A stretch of DNA of 54,495 nt from an uncultured Gammaproteobacteria bacterium (GTDB lineage Bacteria; Patescibacteriota; Microgenomatia; UBA8517). Positions 28,912 to 38,395 of this stretch are shown here, one piece after another (position 1 is the stretch's first letter; each line of letters opens with the position of its first letter). The position numbers were made by a program, and so were the translations under genes. The stretch lies in contig CAYMZX010000007.1 in assembly GCA_964395115.1 (NCBI GenBank), positions 1 through 54,495 on the forward strand, written 5' to 3'. The notes under the pieces were generated by a model. It saw only the letters and a list, made by a program, of their open reading frames with translations, searched no databases and had not been told where the DNA came from.

Positions 28912-28994
28912 TTGAAATAGTCCTATAATTATTATATAATTCGGCCTCGCTCTTTTAAAACCCCGAAAGCAAAATCTCAAAAGGGAGGCTCGAA
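28912..28994 (+). promoter_or_regulatory. Promoter, boxA-like motif and SD (cassette leader)
   Basis: TTGAAA-17-TATAAT (28912-28940), GCTCTTTTAAAA (28949-28960), GGAGG (28984-28988). Confidence 0.7.
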
Positions 28995-29252
28995 ATGAAC
29001 AAGCGATGGTTGGGTTTGATTGTGGCAATGGCGTTCTTTCTTGGACTCCTGGCGGGCGGTCTTTTCTCGTCCCCCGGCCGGGCCTCGGCCACGGCGGACA
29101 ACTTGGTCTATGTGGCCGTGGACATCGATGGCGATGGTGCCAATGACTACGAGCTGACCATCGGCGAAGTCGTCAGCCAGTTCGAGACCCCCGAGGGCGA
29201 ACTCGGCATCTGGGTTAAGGGAGTAGTTCAACAACTCAGCCCTTTACCCTAA
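28995..29252 (+). CDS. Secreted hypothetical protein (85 aa; 0-frame product)
   Basis: SD-led ATG, signal peptide ending RASA, DIDGDG motif, visibly GC-rich. Confidence 0.75.
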   Translation: MNKRWLGLIVAMAFFLGLLAGGLFSSPGRASATADNLVYVAVDIDGDGANDYELTIGEVVSQFETPEGELGIWVKGVVQQLSPLP

Positions 29253-29614
29253 GTGCTGCTGGGTCTACAACGACTGCCACCGGTCCAGCAGCTACGGGCG
29301 ATCCGGTCTTTGTAAGGGTTTCGCACTACTGGCCGCCTTTGGGCGGGCCGAACTGCGCCAGCTTTATCGACGGAGAGTGTCGAAGTCGAATGGCTAGCGG
29401 CGAGCCTTGGCAGGACTGGGTGGAAAAAGCAATCGCCTGTCCGCCCGAGTGGGAATTCGGAACGCGCCTTGTAATTTCAGGGCGTGAATGGGTCTGCATG
29501 GACAGGGGAAGCGCCATCCAGATCGAAGATGGAATTGCTTGGATCGATATGCTGACCCCCAGAGCGTTGTTCGCTTATGGAAGCATCCTCGAAGCATCTT
29601 TGATAAGACCGTGA
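29246..29614 (+). CDS. 3D/DPBB-like domain in the -1 frame (probable frameshift fusion with the 28995 ORF)
   Basis: Frame open from 29219: TLSAAGSTTTATGPAATGDPVFVRVSHYWPPLGGPNC...MASG...ACPPEWEFGT...CMDRGSAI...WIDML. First start codon is the TTG at 29339, inside the domain. Confidence 0.65.
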   Translation, partial: TLSAAGSTTTATGPAATGDPVFVRVSHYWPPLGGPNCASFIDGECRSRMASGEPWQDWVEKAIACPPEWEFGTRLVISGREWVCMDRGSAIQIEDGIAWIDMLTPRALFAYGSILEASLIRP

Positions 29615-29634
29615 ATAACTTTCGGGGTTTGTTT

Positions 29635-29690
29635 GCCGGGGGCGAAATATCTGTTCTCGAAAGAGAAAAGAAAACCGCCCCCGGCTTCTC
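29635..29690. terminator. Long GC hairpin between convergent cassette genes
   Basis: GCCGGGGGCG/CGCCCCCGGC enclosing TTCTC-GAAA-GAGAA. Confidence 0.6.
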
Positions 29691-29719
29691 GTTACTTTAG
29701 ATTGTCTTTCCTTACACCT

Positions 29720-29929
29720 TCATGCTTTCAGCAAGATGGTTTTTTTGGGAACATTCTGCCTAGTCCTGATCGGAACCCCCTCGACTCTCTTGGGCAAGTA
29801 ACGAGGTTTGGAACAGATATAGCAACATTTTGGCTTTGTCTCAAATTCTACAATGAAATTAACTATCGCATTCTTGATAGCCACACAAAGCTTTGTACCA
29901 TTGCCAATCGGATAAAGCTTGCTAGGCAT
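29720..29929 (-). CDS. Small hypothetical protein (69 aa)
   Basis: Promoter TTGAAA-17-TATACT (29971-29999), GGAGG SD at 29935-29939, ATG start. Confidence 0.5.
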   Translation of the reverse strand: MPSKLYPIGNGTKLCVAIKNAIVNFIVEFETKPKCCYICSKPRYLPKRVEGVPIRTRQNVPKKTILLKA

Positions 29930-30018
29930 TTTCCCCTCCGGCTAGTAAGATGTAAGGTGCAAGAGAGCATAGTATAGAGATTTTGGTCTGTCCTTTCAAG
30001 GAGATATAATGAAAAAAG

Positions 30019-31212
30019 ATGCGAAGAATACTGGTCATTCTTATATTTGTCTTGGGAATTGTCGGCGTCGGTTTGTATTTTACAGGCAAATATCTTATTT
30101 GGCAGGTTAGCCCCAGAGAGCTGATTACCCGATTTACTGCCCCACAGAAAGATATCAGGCAATTTCTTCCTCAGGGCAGAGAGATGAGCTATCCCCTTAA
30201 TTTACCAAAAGGATTCGGAATTGCAACTTTCGCCGATCTTAAAGGCGGTCTTCCCAGAGCTCTGGCTTTCGATCCTTACGGAGTTTTATTTGCTTCGATT
30301 CCGAATAAAGGAAAAGTGGTGGCTCTTCCCGATAAAGAGAACGACGGGGCGGCGGACAAAATAATCGACGTCGTTACCGGACTCGATTATCCTCATGGAA
30401 TAGCTTTTACGGGTGACAAACTTTACATTGCGGAGACAGACAAGGTTATTAGATATTCATACGACCCCGCCAGCCTAAAGGTGACAAATAAAGAGATTCT
30501 CTTCAATCTTCCGGCCGGCGGCAGGCACAAGACCAGGACCTTAAGAATCTGGGGAGATAAACTTTACACTTCGGTTGGTTCATCCTGTGATGTCTGTATC
30601 GAACAAAATCCCTATCGAGCCTCTATTTTAATATCGGATTTGGATGGAGAGAATTTGAGAGTTTTTGCCAAGGGACTTAGAAATACGGTATTTTTTACCT
30701 TCGACAACCAGGGAAGAATATGGGGAACGGAGATGGGAAGAGATTATTTAGGCGACACTTTGCCTCCGGACGAAATCAATTTAATCGAAGAGGGAAAAGA
30801 TTACGGATGGCCGTATTGTTACGCCCAGAAAGTTAGAGATTTCAAATTTAAGCCGGGAGAGAAGCTTTCATATTGTCCGGATACCGTTGCTTCAAAATTT
30901 GATCTGCCTGCCCATGTGGCGCCGTTGGGAATTACTTTCATTAACTCTTCACTCTTTCCTCCCGAAGATCAAGGCAATTTATTAGTGGCTCTTCATGGTT
31001 CTTGGAATTCGTCAACGCCGGTCGGCTATAAAATTGTCAAGCTTTCGGTTTTTGCCGACGATATTGTCGGAATGTCTGATTTTATAACTGGATTTTTGCT
31101 CGACGGAAAAGAGGTTTTAGGGAGACCGGTGGATCTTATCTTTGACAAAAGCGGACATCTTTTTATTTCGGATGATAAAGCGGGTCTGATTTATATTCTT
31201 TTCAAGGATTAA
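30019..31212 (+). CDS. PQQ-dependent sugar/sorbosone dehydrogenase family beta-propeller
   Basis: SVGSSCDVC, AKGLRN, PPDEIN..GKDYGWPYC, HVAPLG, HGSWN, GRPVD, SDD. Confidence 0.9.
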   Translation: MRRILVILIFVLGIVGVGLYFTGKYLIWQVSPRELITRFTAPQKDIRQFLPQGREMSYPLNLPKGFGIATFADLKGGLPRALAFDPYGVLFASIPNKGKVVALPDKENDGAADKIIDVVTGLDYPHGIAFTGDKLYIAETDKVIRYSYDPASLKVTNKEILFNLPAGGRHKTRTLRIWGDKLYTSVGSSCDVCIEQNPYRASILISDLDGENLRVFAKGLRNTVFFTFDNQGRIWGTEMGRDYLGDTLPPDEINLIEEGKDYGWPYCYAQKVRDFKFKPGEKLSYCPDTVASKFDLPAHVAPLGITFINSSLFPPEDQGNLLVALHGSWNSSTPVGYKIVKLSVFADDIVGMSDFITGFLLDGKEVLGRPVDLIFDKSGHLFISDDKAGLIYILFKD

Positions 31213-31214
31213 TT

Positions 31215-31586
31215 TTAGAACAAGGAGAGTATTTTAGGGCCGAAAAGAAACACTCCAATTATTACGGACAAGAAAGCGGAAACAAAGACGGCCGCGGCCG
31301 AAATATCCTTGGCGATTTTTGCTTTCTCGTTTACTTCGGGACTGACGATATCAACAAGAACTTCGAGAGAGGTATTGATAAGCTCAAGAATAAGAACAAA
31401 GGCAATTGTGAAGAGAAGAATTATCCATTCGACGGGTCTGAATTTCAAAAGTATAGCCAAAATAATCGCCGAAACAGCAATCATCAGGTGGATTCGAACA
31501 TTAGGTTCATTTTTAATTGCGGTTTTGATTCCCGAAAAAGCGCAACCGAAGCTAGTTATGGTTGAATGGGCTTTACTCATAGCCAT
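31215..31586 (-). CDS. dgkA: Undecaprenol/diacylglycerol kinase
   Basis: EPNVRIH, LELINTSLE..VD, AKIAKDISAAAV. The true start may be ATG 31580. Confidence 0.9.
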   Translation of the reverse strand: MAMSKAHSTITSFGCAFSGIKTAIKNEPNVRIHLMIAVSAIILAILLKFRPVEWIILLFTIAFVLILELINTSLEVLVDIVSPEVNEKAKIAKDISAAAVFVSAFLSVIIGVFLFGPKILSLF

Positions 31587-31658
31587 ATTAGTATAGCTTT
31601 CTTAATTTGTGATAGCAAAATATGTTAGGATTAAAATCATAAGGAAAACCGACAACAA

Positions 31659-32120
31659 ATGGGCAATTCAATCATTATTTTCTTGGCTAGTTTTTTGATT
31701 TGGATTATGTTTGCGGGGCTTTTCGTTCTTTGGATAGTGGATGGGAAAATAAAAAGAGAAGAGGTTATCCACGCCCTTTTGGCAGCCGGTTTAGCCTGGT
31801 CCATCGCCCAGATTATTAAGGCTCTTTTTCCAACAGTAAGACCATTCATAACAGATGGAACAACTCCAATGGTCTTATTACCAGCGACGGACGGCGCCTT
31901 CCCTTCGGGTCATAGTGCTGCCGCCTTTGCTTTGGCAACCTCAATTTTTCTCCATGACAAAAAAGTGGGAATTTTTTATCAATTTGCCGCCCTAATCATT
32001 GGAATTGCCCGAATTTTGGGTAACGTCCATTACCCGATTGATATCTTGGGAGGGGCATTGCTCGGGGTTATGGTTGCTTTCATCACTAAAAGAATTCACC
32101 TTAGCAAACTTGTTCCGTGA
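31659..32120 (+). CDS. PAP2 family phosphatase (undecaprenyl-PP phosphatase-like)
   Basis: K......RP, FPSGH and ARILGNVHYPID motifs. Confidence 0.9.
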   Translation: MGNSIIIFLASFLIWIMFAGLFVLWIVDGKIKREEVIHALLAAGLAWSIAQIIKALFPTVRPFITDGTTPMVLLPATDGAFPSGHSAAAFALATSIFLHDKKVGIFYQFAALIIGIARILGNVHYPIDILGGALLGVMVAFITKRIHLSKLVP

Positions 32121-32182
32121 CCTCCCGTATTTTCAAGGTTGACTATTAGCAAACAAAATGATAGACTGCTAAAAATTCTCAA

Positions 32183-34603
32183 ATGAAATCGAATATCAAA
32201 TTGCAAAGAAACGTTCCGATTGTAGCGGTGAGGGGGTCTGTGGTTTTTCCTCACACCGATACGCTTCTTTCTTTCGGTCGGCCAAAGTCGGTTTCGGCCA
32301 TAAATTCTGCTTTTCAGGAAGATAGAGTAATTGCCATCTTTACCCAAAAAGATCCGAGGACCACGGACCCCCGGGAAGAAGATCTCTATAAAACGGGAAC
32401 AATCGCTACCATTACTCAAATGATGTCAACCGAGGGGGAAATACATGCTTTAGTCCGCGGTCAGGCACGGGTAAATCTTGAAGAAATCATTTCTAATGAA
32501 CCTTTTTTACTGGGCCAAATTTCCGAGCTTTCGGAGGAAATTGAGGATACTCCCGCTATTAAAGCATTGGCCAGCCAGCTTTCGGATCTGTTCAAAAAAG
32601 CGATAAACGCCGGTAAATCCGCTGAAATAATGACCGTTATGAAATTGATCTCTGGTCAAGTGGAACCGGTTGAATTAGTAGACCAGATTGCCTCTCTTCT
32701 GGAAATAAAAGTCAGCGAGAAACAAAAACTTCTAGAGACGCTGTCGGTTAAGAAAAGGATGGAAAAAGTTTTGGAATTTTTGGCCCAAGAAGTAAATGTT
32801 CTAGAACTAGAAAGAACAATTTCAGTAAAAACACAGAAAAGGTTTGAGGATCAAATGAGAAAGGCTATGCTTCGAGAGAAGAAAAGGACTATTGAAGAAG
32901 AGTTGGGGGAGGGGGAAGGAGAACTTGATGCCGATGAATTTGCCGAATACAAAGCCAAAATTAAAAAGGCGAAGATGCCCCTCGAAGTTAGAGAAAAGGC
33001 GGAGAGGGAACTTAAAAGACTTACTCAGATGTCTCCTCACAATCCGGAAGGGGCCTATATTCGAAACTATCTCGATTGGTTGGTTGATATGCCGTGGAGT
33101 ATTACCACCCCCAATAATGTATCCATAAAAAAAGCCGCCGACATTTTAGCGGAAAAGCACTACGGTATGGAGAAGGCTAAAGAGAGAATATTAGAATTTC
33201 TGGCGGTAATGAAAATAAAGGGAGAGGTTAAAAACAAAAAGGCCGGTAAAAACGGGGAAAACCAACCGACCATTCTCTGTTTTATCGGTCCCCCGGGAGT
33301 TGGAAAAACATCGATCGGCCGCTCGATCGCCGAATCATTAAATCGAAAATTTGTTAGGGTGTCTTTGGGAGGAATTCGTGATGAAGCAGAAATTCGGGGA
33401 CACCGACGAACGTACGTCGGCGCCCTTCCCGGAAGAATTATTCAAGGAATCAAAAACGCGGGTACCAAAAATCCTGTTTTTATGCTCGATGAAATAGATA
33501 AAATAGGAGTCGATTTCAGGGGAGACCCGTCAAGCGCACTTCTTGAAGCTTTGGATCCCGAACAAAATCGGGAATTCTCCGATCACTATCTGGAAGTTCC
33601 TTTTGATTTGTCCGAGGTGATGTTTATTTGCACCGGCAATATTCTCGACACCATCCCGCCGGCTTTAAAAGACAGAATGGAGATTATTAGATTCCCCGGC
33701 TATACTGAAGAAGAAAAATTCCATATTGCCAAAGATTTCCTTTGGCCAAAGCAAATAAAACTTCACGCTTTGGAGAACAAAAAGATTTCTTTGCAGGAGG
33801 CGGCAATAAGGGAAATTATAAATCGTTATACCCGAGAAGCAGGAGTTAGAGAATTGGAAAGAAACTTGGCCACGGTTTGCCGAAAAATTGCTAGGTTAGT
33901 GGCCGAAAAGAAAAGATTCCCCAGAGTAATTAAGATCAGCGATATTCACAAATTCTTGGGGCCCCAGAAATTCTCTTCGTTGATAGCCGAGAAAAAAGAC
34001 GAGGTAGGAATGGCGACTGGGCTGGCGGTTACACCGACGGGGGGAGAAATTCTTTTCATAGAGGTTGCCCTTATGCCGGGGAAAGGAAAGCTGACGCTTA
34101 CCGGTCAACTGGGAGAAGTGATGCAGGAATCAGCCAAAGCGGCTTTTACTTGGGCTAAGGCCCATTACAATGAATTGGGAATTAAGCCTGATTTTGCTAT
34201 GGGAATCGATGTTCATGTTCATGTGCCGGAAGGAGCGGTTCCTAAAGACGGTCCTTCGGCCGGAATAGCAATTGCTTCGGCTTTGGTTTCCGCGTTGACA
34301 GGAATTCCGGTAAAAAGAAATATTGGGATGACCGGAGAAATCACTCTTAGAGGAAGAGTACTTGAAATCGGAGGAGTTAAGGAAAAAATCATTGCCGGTC
34401 ATCGGGCAGGCCTCAAAACCATAATTCTTCCTAAAGACAACAAAAAAGACTTGGAAGATGTTCCCGCTAATGTCAAAAAGGACATTAAATTTATTTTTGT
34501 AGACGATCTGAAAGAAGTTTTGAAGGTGGCTATCAAATCTTGGCCTCCCAAAACTGCTTCATCAAAAAGAATCCTTCCTTCCTCATTCTTGGCGGCAAAC
34601 TAA
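32183..34603 (+). CDS. lon: Lon protease
   Basis: GPPGVGKTS, RGHRRTYVGALPG, PKDGPSAG, IGGVKEK. Confidence 0.98.
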   Translation: MKSNIKLQRNVPIVAVRGSVVFPHTDTLLSFGRPKSVSAINSAFQEDRVIAIFTQKDPRTTDPREEDLYKTGTIATITQMMSTEGEIHALVRGQARVNLEEIISNEPFLLGQISELSEEIEDTPAIKALASQLSDLFKKAINAGKSAEIMTVMKLISGQVEPVELVDQIASLLEIKVSEKQKLLETLSVKKRMEKVLEFLAQEVNVLELERTISVKTQKRFEDQMRKAMLREKKRTIEEELGEGEGELDADEFAEYKAKIKKAKMPLEVREKAERELKRLTQMSPHNPEGAYIRNYLDWLVDMPWSITTPNNVSIKKAADILAEKHYGMEKAKERILEFLAVMKIKGEVKNKKAGKNGENQPTILCFIGPPGVGKTSIGRSIAESLNRKFVRVSLGGIRDEAEIRGHRRTYVGALPGRIIQGIKNAGTKNPVFMLDEIDKIGVDFRGDPSSALLEALDPEQNREFSDHYLEVPFDLSEVMFICTGNILDTIPPALKDRMEIIRFPGYTEEEKFHIAKDFLWPKQIKLHALENKKISLQEAAIREIINRYTREAGVRELERNLATVCRKIARLVAEKKRFPRVIKISDIHKFLGPQKFSSLIAEKKDEVGMATGLAVTPTGGEILFIEVALMPGKGKLTLTGQLGEVMQESAKAAFTWAKAHYNELGIKPDFAMGIDVHVHVPEGAVPKDGPSAGIAIASALVSALTGIPVKRNIGMTGEITLRGRVLEIGGVKEKIIAGHRAGLKTIILPKDNKKDLEDVPANVKKDIKFIFVDDLKEVLKVAIKSWPPKTASSKRILPSSFLAAN

Positions 34604-34627
34604 ACTTTTTAAAAATTTCTCGTCTCC

Positions 34628-36103
34628 CTATGACAAACTATTTGGTATTATTTCGGCAATTTTTTGGAGAGTTGAGAGATTTCTTGTTCCCAATTTTTGC
34701 ATTCCTTGTTTGACTGCCGCGATTAATTTGTGAATAAAAATATAACCGGAACCTTTGTAGCCAACTTTTGTTACTTTTCCTTCCGGAACTTTAATTTCCA
34801 TTTTTTCAATGCCGTATCGAAAAGCGCCTCTTTTTTCCATTGCTTCCAATGAACCCATGCCCCGATATTTTTTCACCAGATATCCCTTTTCTTCGTCAAA
34901 CTCTGCCTCACCGGGAGATTCTTCTAAACCTGCCAGCAATCCTCCCATCATTACCGTTTCTGCCCCTAAGGCGAGTGCCTTGATGATGTCTGACGGCTTT
35001 CGGATACCTCCATCGGCGATTATGGGAATTTTAAATCCGGATTTTTTTGCCAGCTTTTTTGCTGCTTGACTACAGTCCCAAACCGCCGACCCTTGGGCCC
35101 GACCGATACCTAAATATTCTTGGGTGATGCAGGCGGCTCCTGGCCCAATTCCTACCCGCAGACCATCGACAATTGAATTGGCGTTTTTCATTACTTCCTC
35201 TACCATTTTTCCCGAATCGACATTGCCTAAAATAACTTCCAATCTAGGAAAGTGTTTTTTGGCAAATCTGGCGATCTCCAATTGTTCTTTAAAAACGACG
35301 GAAGCGTCAAGAACTATGCCGTCGGCTCCAGCCTCCACCGCCCTTTTTATTCTTTCCTTGGCCAGCACCAGCCGAGATTCGACGGCAACCAAAACCTTGA
35401 GTTGCTTGTTTTCATCTTTGGTGGCCAAAGGATAGGTCTCATTTTTTCGCAAGTCGCTGTCGGTTACTAAAGCCACGATGCGAAAATTTTTATCAACTAT
35501 TGGCAGAGTATCAAGGTTGTACTTTCTGATGATTTTATTAGCGGCGCGAATGTCGTTTTTGTCCAATGTCTTTTCCTTGGGAGCGGTTATTAATTTTTCG
35601 CGCGGAGTCATAATTTTAGAAAGAGGAATTTTCATTTCCTTCTTGGTCTCTAAATACCTGACATCTCGATGAGTAATAATTCCTACAAGTTTGGAATTTA
35701 TGGTGCCGTCTTCCGTAATCGGGACAGAATAAAAACCAAACTTTTGGGCTATTTGATAGACATCCTCAACTTTGTTTTTTGGACTTAAAACTACCGGTTT
35801 CTTGACAAAAGCGGCTTCAAATCGTTTCACTTTTTCCACCTCTTCCATTTGCTCGTCTATTGTTTCGTAGTTATAGTGAATGACCCCAATTGCACCCATC
35901 AGAGCCATCATAATTGCCATTTGAGAGCCGGTGACCGTATCCATTGGGGAGCTTACAAAAGGAGTTTTGAGGGTTATGTTTCGGGAGAGTTTTGTAGTTA
36001 AGTCCACCTCGTCCCGCTCAAAATCGGGCAAGCGGTTACAAACCAAGAGAATATCTCGGTACCAAAATTCTTTATTGCGTAAGTCCCGATGAAGTTTGGC
36101 CAT
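34628..36103 (-). CDS. guaB: IMP dehydrogenase with CBS pair
   Basis: SSPMDTVT, RVGIGPGAACIT, IIADGGI, YRGMGS. Confidence 0.95.
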   Translation of the reverse strand: MAKLHRDLRNKEFWYRDILLVCNRLPDFERDEVDLTTKLSRNITLKTPFVSSPMDTVTGSQMAIMMALMGAIGVIHYNYETIDEQMEEVEKVKRFEAAFVKKPVVLSPKNKVEDVYQIAQKFGFYSVPITEDGTINSKLVGIITHRDVRYLETKKEMKIPLSKIMTPREKLITAPKEKTLDKNDIRAANKIIRKYNLDTLPIVDKNFRIVALVTDSDLRKNETYPLATKDENKQLKVLVAVESRLVLAKERIKRAVEAGADGIVLDASVVFKEQLEIARFAKKHFPRLEVILGNVDSGKMVEEVMKNANSIVDGLRVGIGPGAACITQEYLGIGRAQGSAVWDCSQAAKKLAKKSGFKIPIIADGGIRKPSDIIKALALGAETVMMGGLLAGLEESPGEAEFDEEKGYLVKKYRGMGSLEAMEKRGAFRYGIEKMEIKVPEGKVTKVGYKGSGYIFIHKLIAAVKQGMQKLGTRNLSTLQKIAEIIPNSLS

Positions 36104-36117
36104 TTTAAATAATTAAA

Positions 36118-37059
36118 CTAAATATATTCGATAGTTGCCGGCGGTTTTGGTGTCAACTCATATAAAACTCTTGCCACTGAAGGAATTTCGGCGGTGATTT
36201 TTTCCTGAACTTTTTCTAATACTTTCCAAGGAATTTTCGTTGCCCGAGCTTTGATCGCGTCGCTAGAATCAACCGATCGAATGACGATTATATCCCCGAA
36301 AATTCTTTTTCCTTTTTTGACCCCAGTGGCTTTATCAGAGAGAAGTACAGCAAAAACTTGAAAGGGGAAAAACTTATTCAATTCTCTTTCCACAATTGCC
36401 GTTGCCCGGCGAACGATTTTAATCTTCTCGGGTGTTACTTCGCCAATAACTCTAATGGCCAATCCCGGTCCTGGAAAAGGCATTCGTTGGTAAACCTCTT
36501 TTGGTAAACCCAAAGCCTTCGCAATTTGGCGAACCTCCGGTTTGTATAAAGTCTTTAGAGGTTCAATTACTTGGAATCCGTATTTTTGAGGATTAATTCC
36601 TATCTGCCCCAAAACATTATGCTGGGTCTTTATTCTTCCAACCGTCTCTACGACATCCGCCTTGATGGTTCCTTGAATTAAAAATTGTGCCTCTTGCTTT
36701 TTGATTGTTTCCCCCAATACTTTGTAGAACACTTCCCGAAAAACTCTTCTTTTTTCTTCCGGGTCGGTAATTTTCTTGAGAGCCTGAAAAAATCGTTGCT
36801 GAACGCGGACTATTTTGGTTTTAATCGCAAACTTTTTAAGTAATGAGATCACCTTTTCCGGTTCGTTTTCTCGCATTAAGCCGTCATCAATGAAAACCGC
36901 TGAAAACTGCTTGCCGAGAGCCCTTTGAGCCAAAACGGCGCAGACGGTGCTGTCGACTCCGCCAGAACAAGCGGCGACTGCTTTTTGGCCAGTGACTACC
37001 TTTTTAATTTCGTCTATTCGACTTTTAATAAACTTTTGCTTGTCGAAATTCTTCTTCAT
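36118..37059 (-). CDS. guaA: GMP synthase, ATP-pyrophosphatase subunit only
   Basis: SGGVDS, DPEEKR, IKTQHNV, PFPGPGLAIR, KPPATIEY; no glutaminase domain. ATG 37059 follows TAGAAT. Confidence 0.9.
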   Translation of the reverse strand: MKKNFDKQKFIKSRIDEIKKVVTGQKAVAACSGGVDSTVCAVLAQRALGKQFSAVFIDDGLMRENEPEKVISLLKKFAIKTKIVRVQQRFFQALKKITDPEEKRRVFREVFYKVLGETIKKQEAQFLIQGTIKADVVETVGRIKTQHNVLGQIGINPQKYGFQVIEPLKTLYKPEVRQIAKALGLPKEVYQRMPFPGPGLAIRVIGEVTPEKIKIVRRATAIVERELNKFFPFQVFAVLLSDKATGVKKGKRIFGDIIVIRSVDSSDAIKARATKIPWKVLEKVQEKITAEIPSVARVLYELTPKPPATIEYI

Positions 37060-37118
37060 CTCTTTCGCCAATTCTATAGGCAGTAAATTAGGAAGTAAAG
37101 ATAGGCCTCAATTTCCGC

Positions 37119-37161
37119 AAAAAAGGGCACGTTCCGTGGTATCACTACCAAGTTCGTGCCC
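37119..37161 (-). terminator. Long hairpin terminator after the LCP gene
   Basis: GGGCACG/CGTGCCC stem with inner TGGTA/TACCA helix; A-tract on + gives a U-tract on -. Confidence 0.7.
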
Positions 37162-37181
37162 CCGGCACTTTTCCCACCAAG

Positions 37182-38225
37182 TTACTTTTTGAAGATCTCC
37201 GTCAGCAACGTCTGAACCCCTTCTTTATCCGGCAGAAGTACTGCTCCACCGTCCGGAGTTGTCCAACTCCTTGTTAGTCCGGCAAGAGTAAAACCTTCAA
37301 TTCTAGTTGGATCTTGAGCTACTTGGGCCGCCGTGGGCAAAAGTGCTAGCATGTCAGTAAGATCCATATCCGTTTCTACCATTCGGGAGTACTGTTCGTA
37401 GAACTCTGGCAGACGAGTTAGCCCTTCAAGCGAGATGGCTTTGCGGAAGATCGCCAAGAGAATCTCTTGGGCCCGTCGTTGTCTGGCAAAGTCTCCCCCC
37501 GGCGCATTTCTCATTCGCACGTAGCAGAGTGCCGTCCAGCCGTCCATGTGGTATGATCGGCCGGACTGATACGAATAAGAAGTTTTCCCGCAGGAATCGG
37601 TGAAACCGTTGCCCACTACAACATCGATCCCCCCCAAAGCATCAACCGCTTTTTCGAAAGAGGCGAAATTGACTCGGGCATAATAGTCAACTTCAATTCC
37701 GAAGTTATAGCGCAAGGTTAGAGCGACAAGCTCCGGACCTCCATACGCGTAAGCGGTATTGATGCGAGCCATATTTCGGCCCGGTAGGTAGACAAAGAGA
37801 TCTCTGGGAAACGAGATCATCTTTACAGTACCTTGCTCCGGATCGATGGAGATTAAGACCATCGTGTCGGCGTTCATACTCCTACGCCACCAGGCATCGT
37901 CTGTTCCCAGAATAATTATATTGACCGTTTCCTTCGGGGATACGATATCCCGAATGATTCTGGGAATCTCGGTTGAGGATTTTAAGCTGGGACCCGGAAA
38001 ATTTTCCCACGGCTCAACCGGAGTCGGGGTAGGAGTTGGGGTCATCGAAGGAGCCGGAGTCGGGGTGGCCGATAAGGTTGGCAGAATCGGCAGAAATGGC
38101 GTAGCCATTGCGGTTGGCGAAGTTGGGACGGGTGTTATTGTGCTTGGCAAGGATCCTTCGCGCGTTCCACACGAGGCGAGCACAATCGCCAGGGTGGAAA
38201 CAGCAAGCAAGTGCGCCTTGAACAT
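37182..38225 (-). CDS. LCP (LytR-CpsA-Psr) family lipoprotein
   Basis: SD-led ATG 38225 (MFKAHLL), lipobox LASC, PT-rich linker, LGTD, ADTM, SFPRDL, YVRMR, DFARQRRAQ. Confidence 0.92.
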   Translation of the reverse strand: MFKAHLLAVSTLAIVLASCGTREGSLPSTITPVPTSPTAMATPFLPILPTLSATPTPAPSMTPTPTPTPVEPWENFPGPSLKSSTEIPRIIRDIVSPKETVNIIILGTDDAWWRRSMNADTMVLISIDPEQGTVKMISFPRDLFVYLPGRNMARINTAYAYGGPELVALTLRYNFGIEVDYYARVNFASFEKAVDALGGIDVVVGNGFTDSCGKTSYSYQSGRSYHMDGWTALCYVRMRNAPGGDFARQRRAQEILLAIFRKAISLEGLTRLPEFYEQYSRMVETDMDLTDMLALLPTAAQVAQDPTRIEGFTLAGLTRSWTTPDGGAVLLPDKEGVQTLLTEIFKK

Positions 38226-38230
38226 TCCTT

Positions 38231-38284
38231 TCCTCCTTAAGAGATTGTTCTTGATGGGTTTGTTAAAGTGCTTTAGTAATTTTA
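38231..38284 (-). promoter_or_regulatory. -10 box, boxA-like motif and SD (cassette leader)
   Basis: TAAAAT (38279-38284), GCACTTTAACAA (38260-38271), AAGGAGGA (38231-38238). Confidence 0.65.
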
Positions 38285-38307
38285 ATACATGGTGCAAATA
38301 TTTCCAC

Positions 38308-38348
38308 AAAAAAAGGGCACACCCTTGACTTACGTTAGGTATGTGCCC
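38308..38348 (-). terminator. Long hairpin terminator
   Basis: GGGCACA/TGTGCCC stem plus A-tract; same design as 37119-37161. Confidence 0.7.
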
Positions 38349-38395
38349 CGCACCATGTTGGAATTCCCATCCGGTCAGATCTCCCCGGTTTCCTC

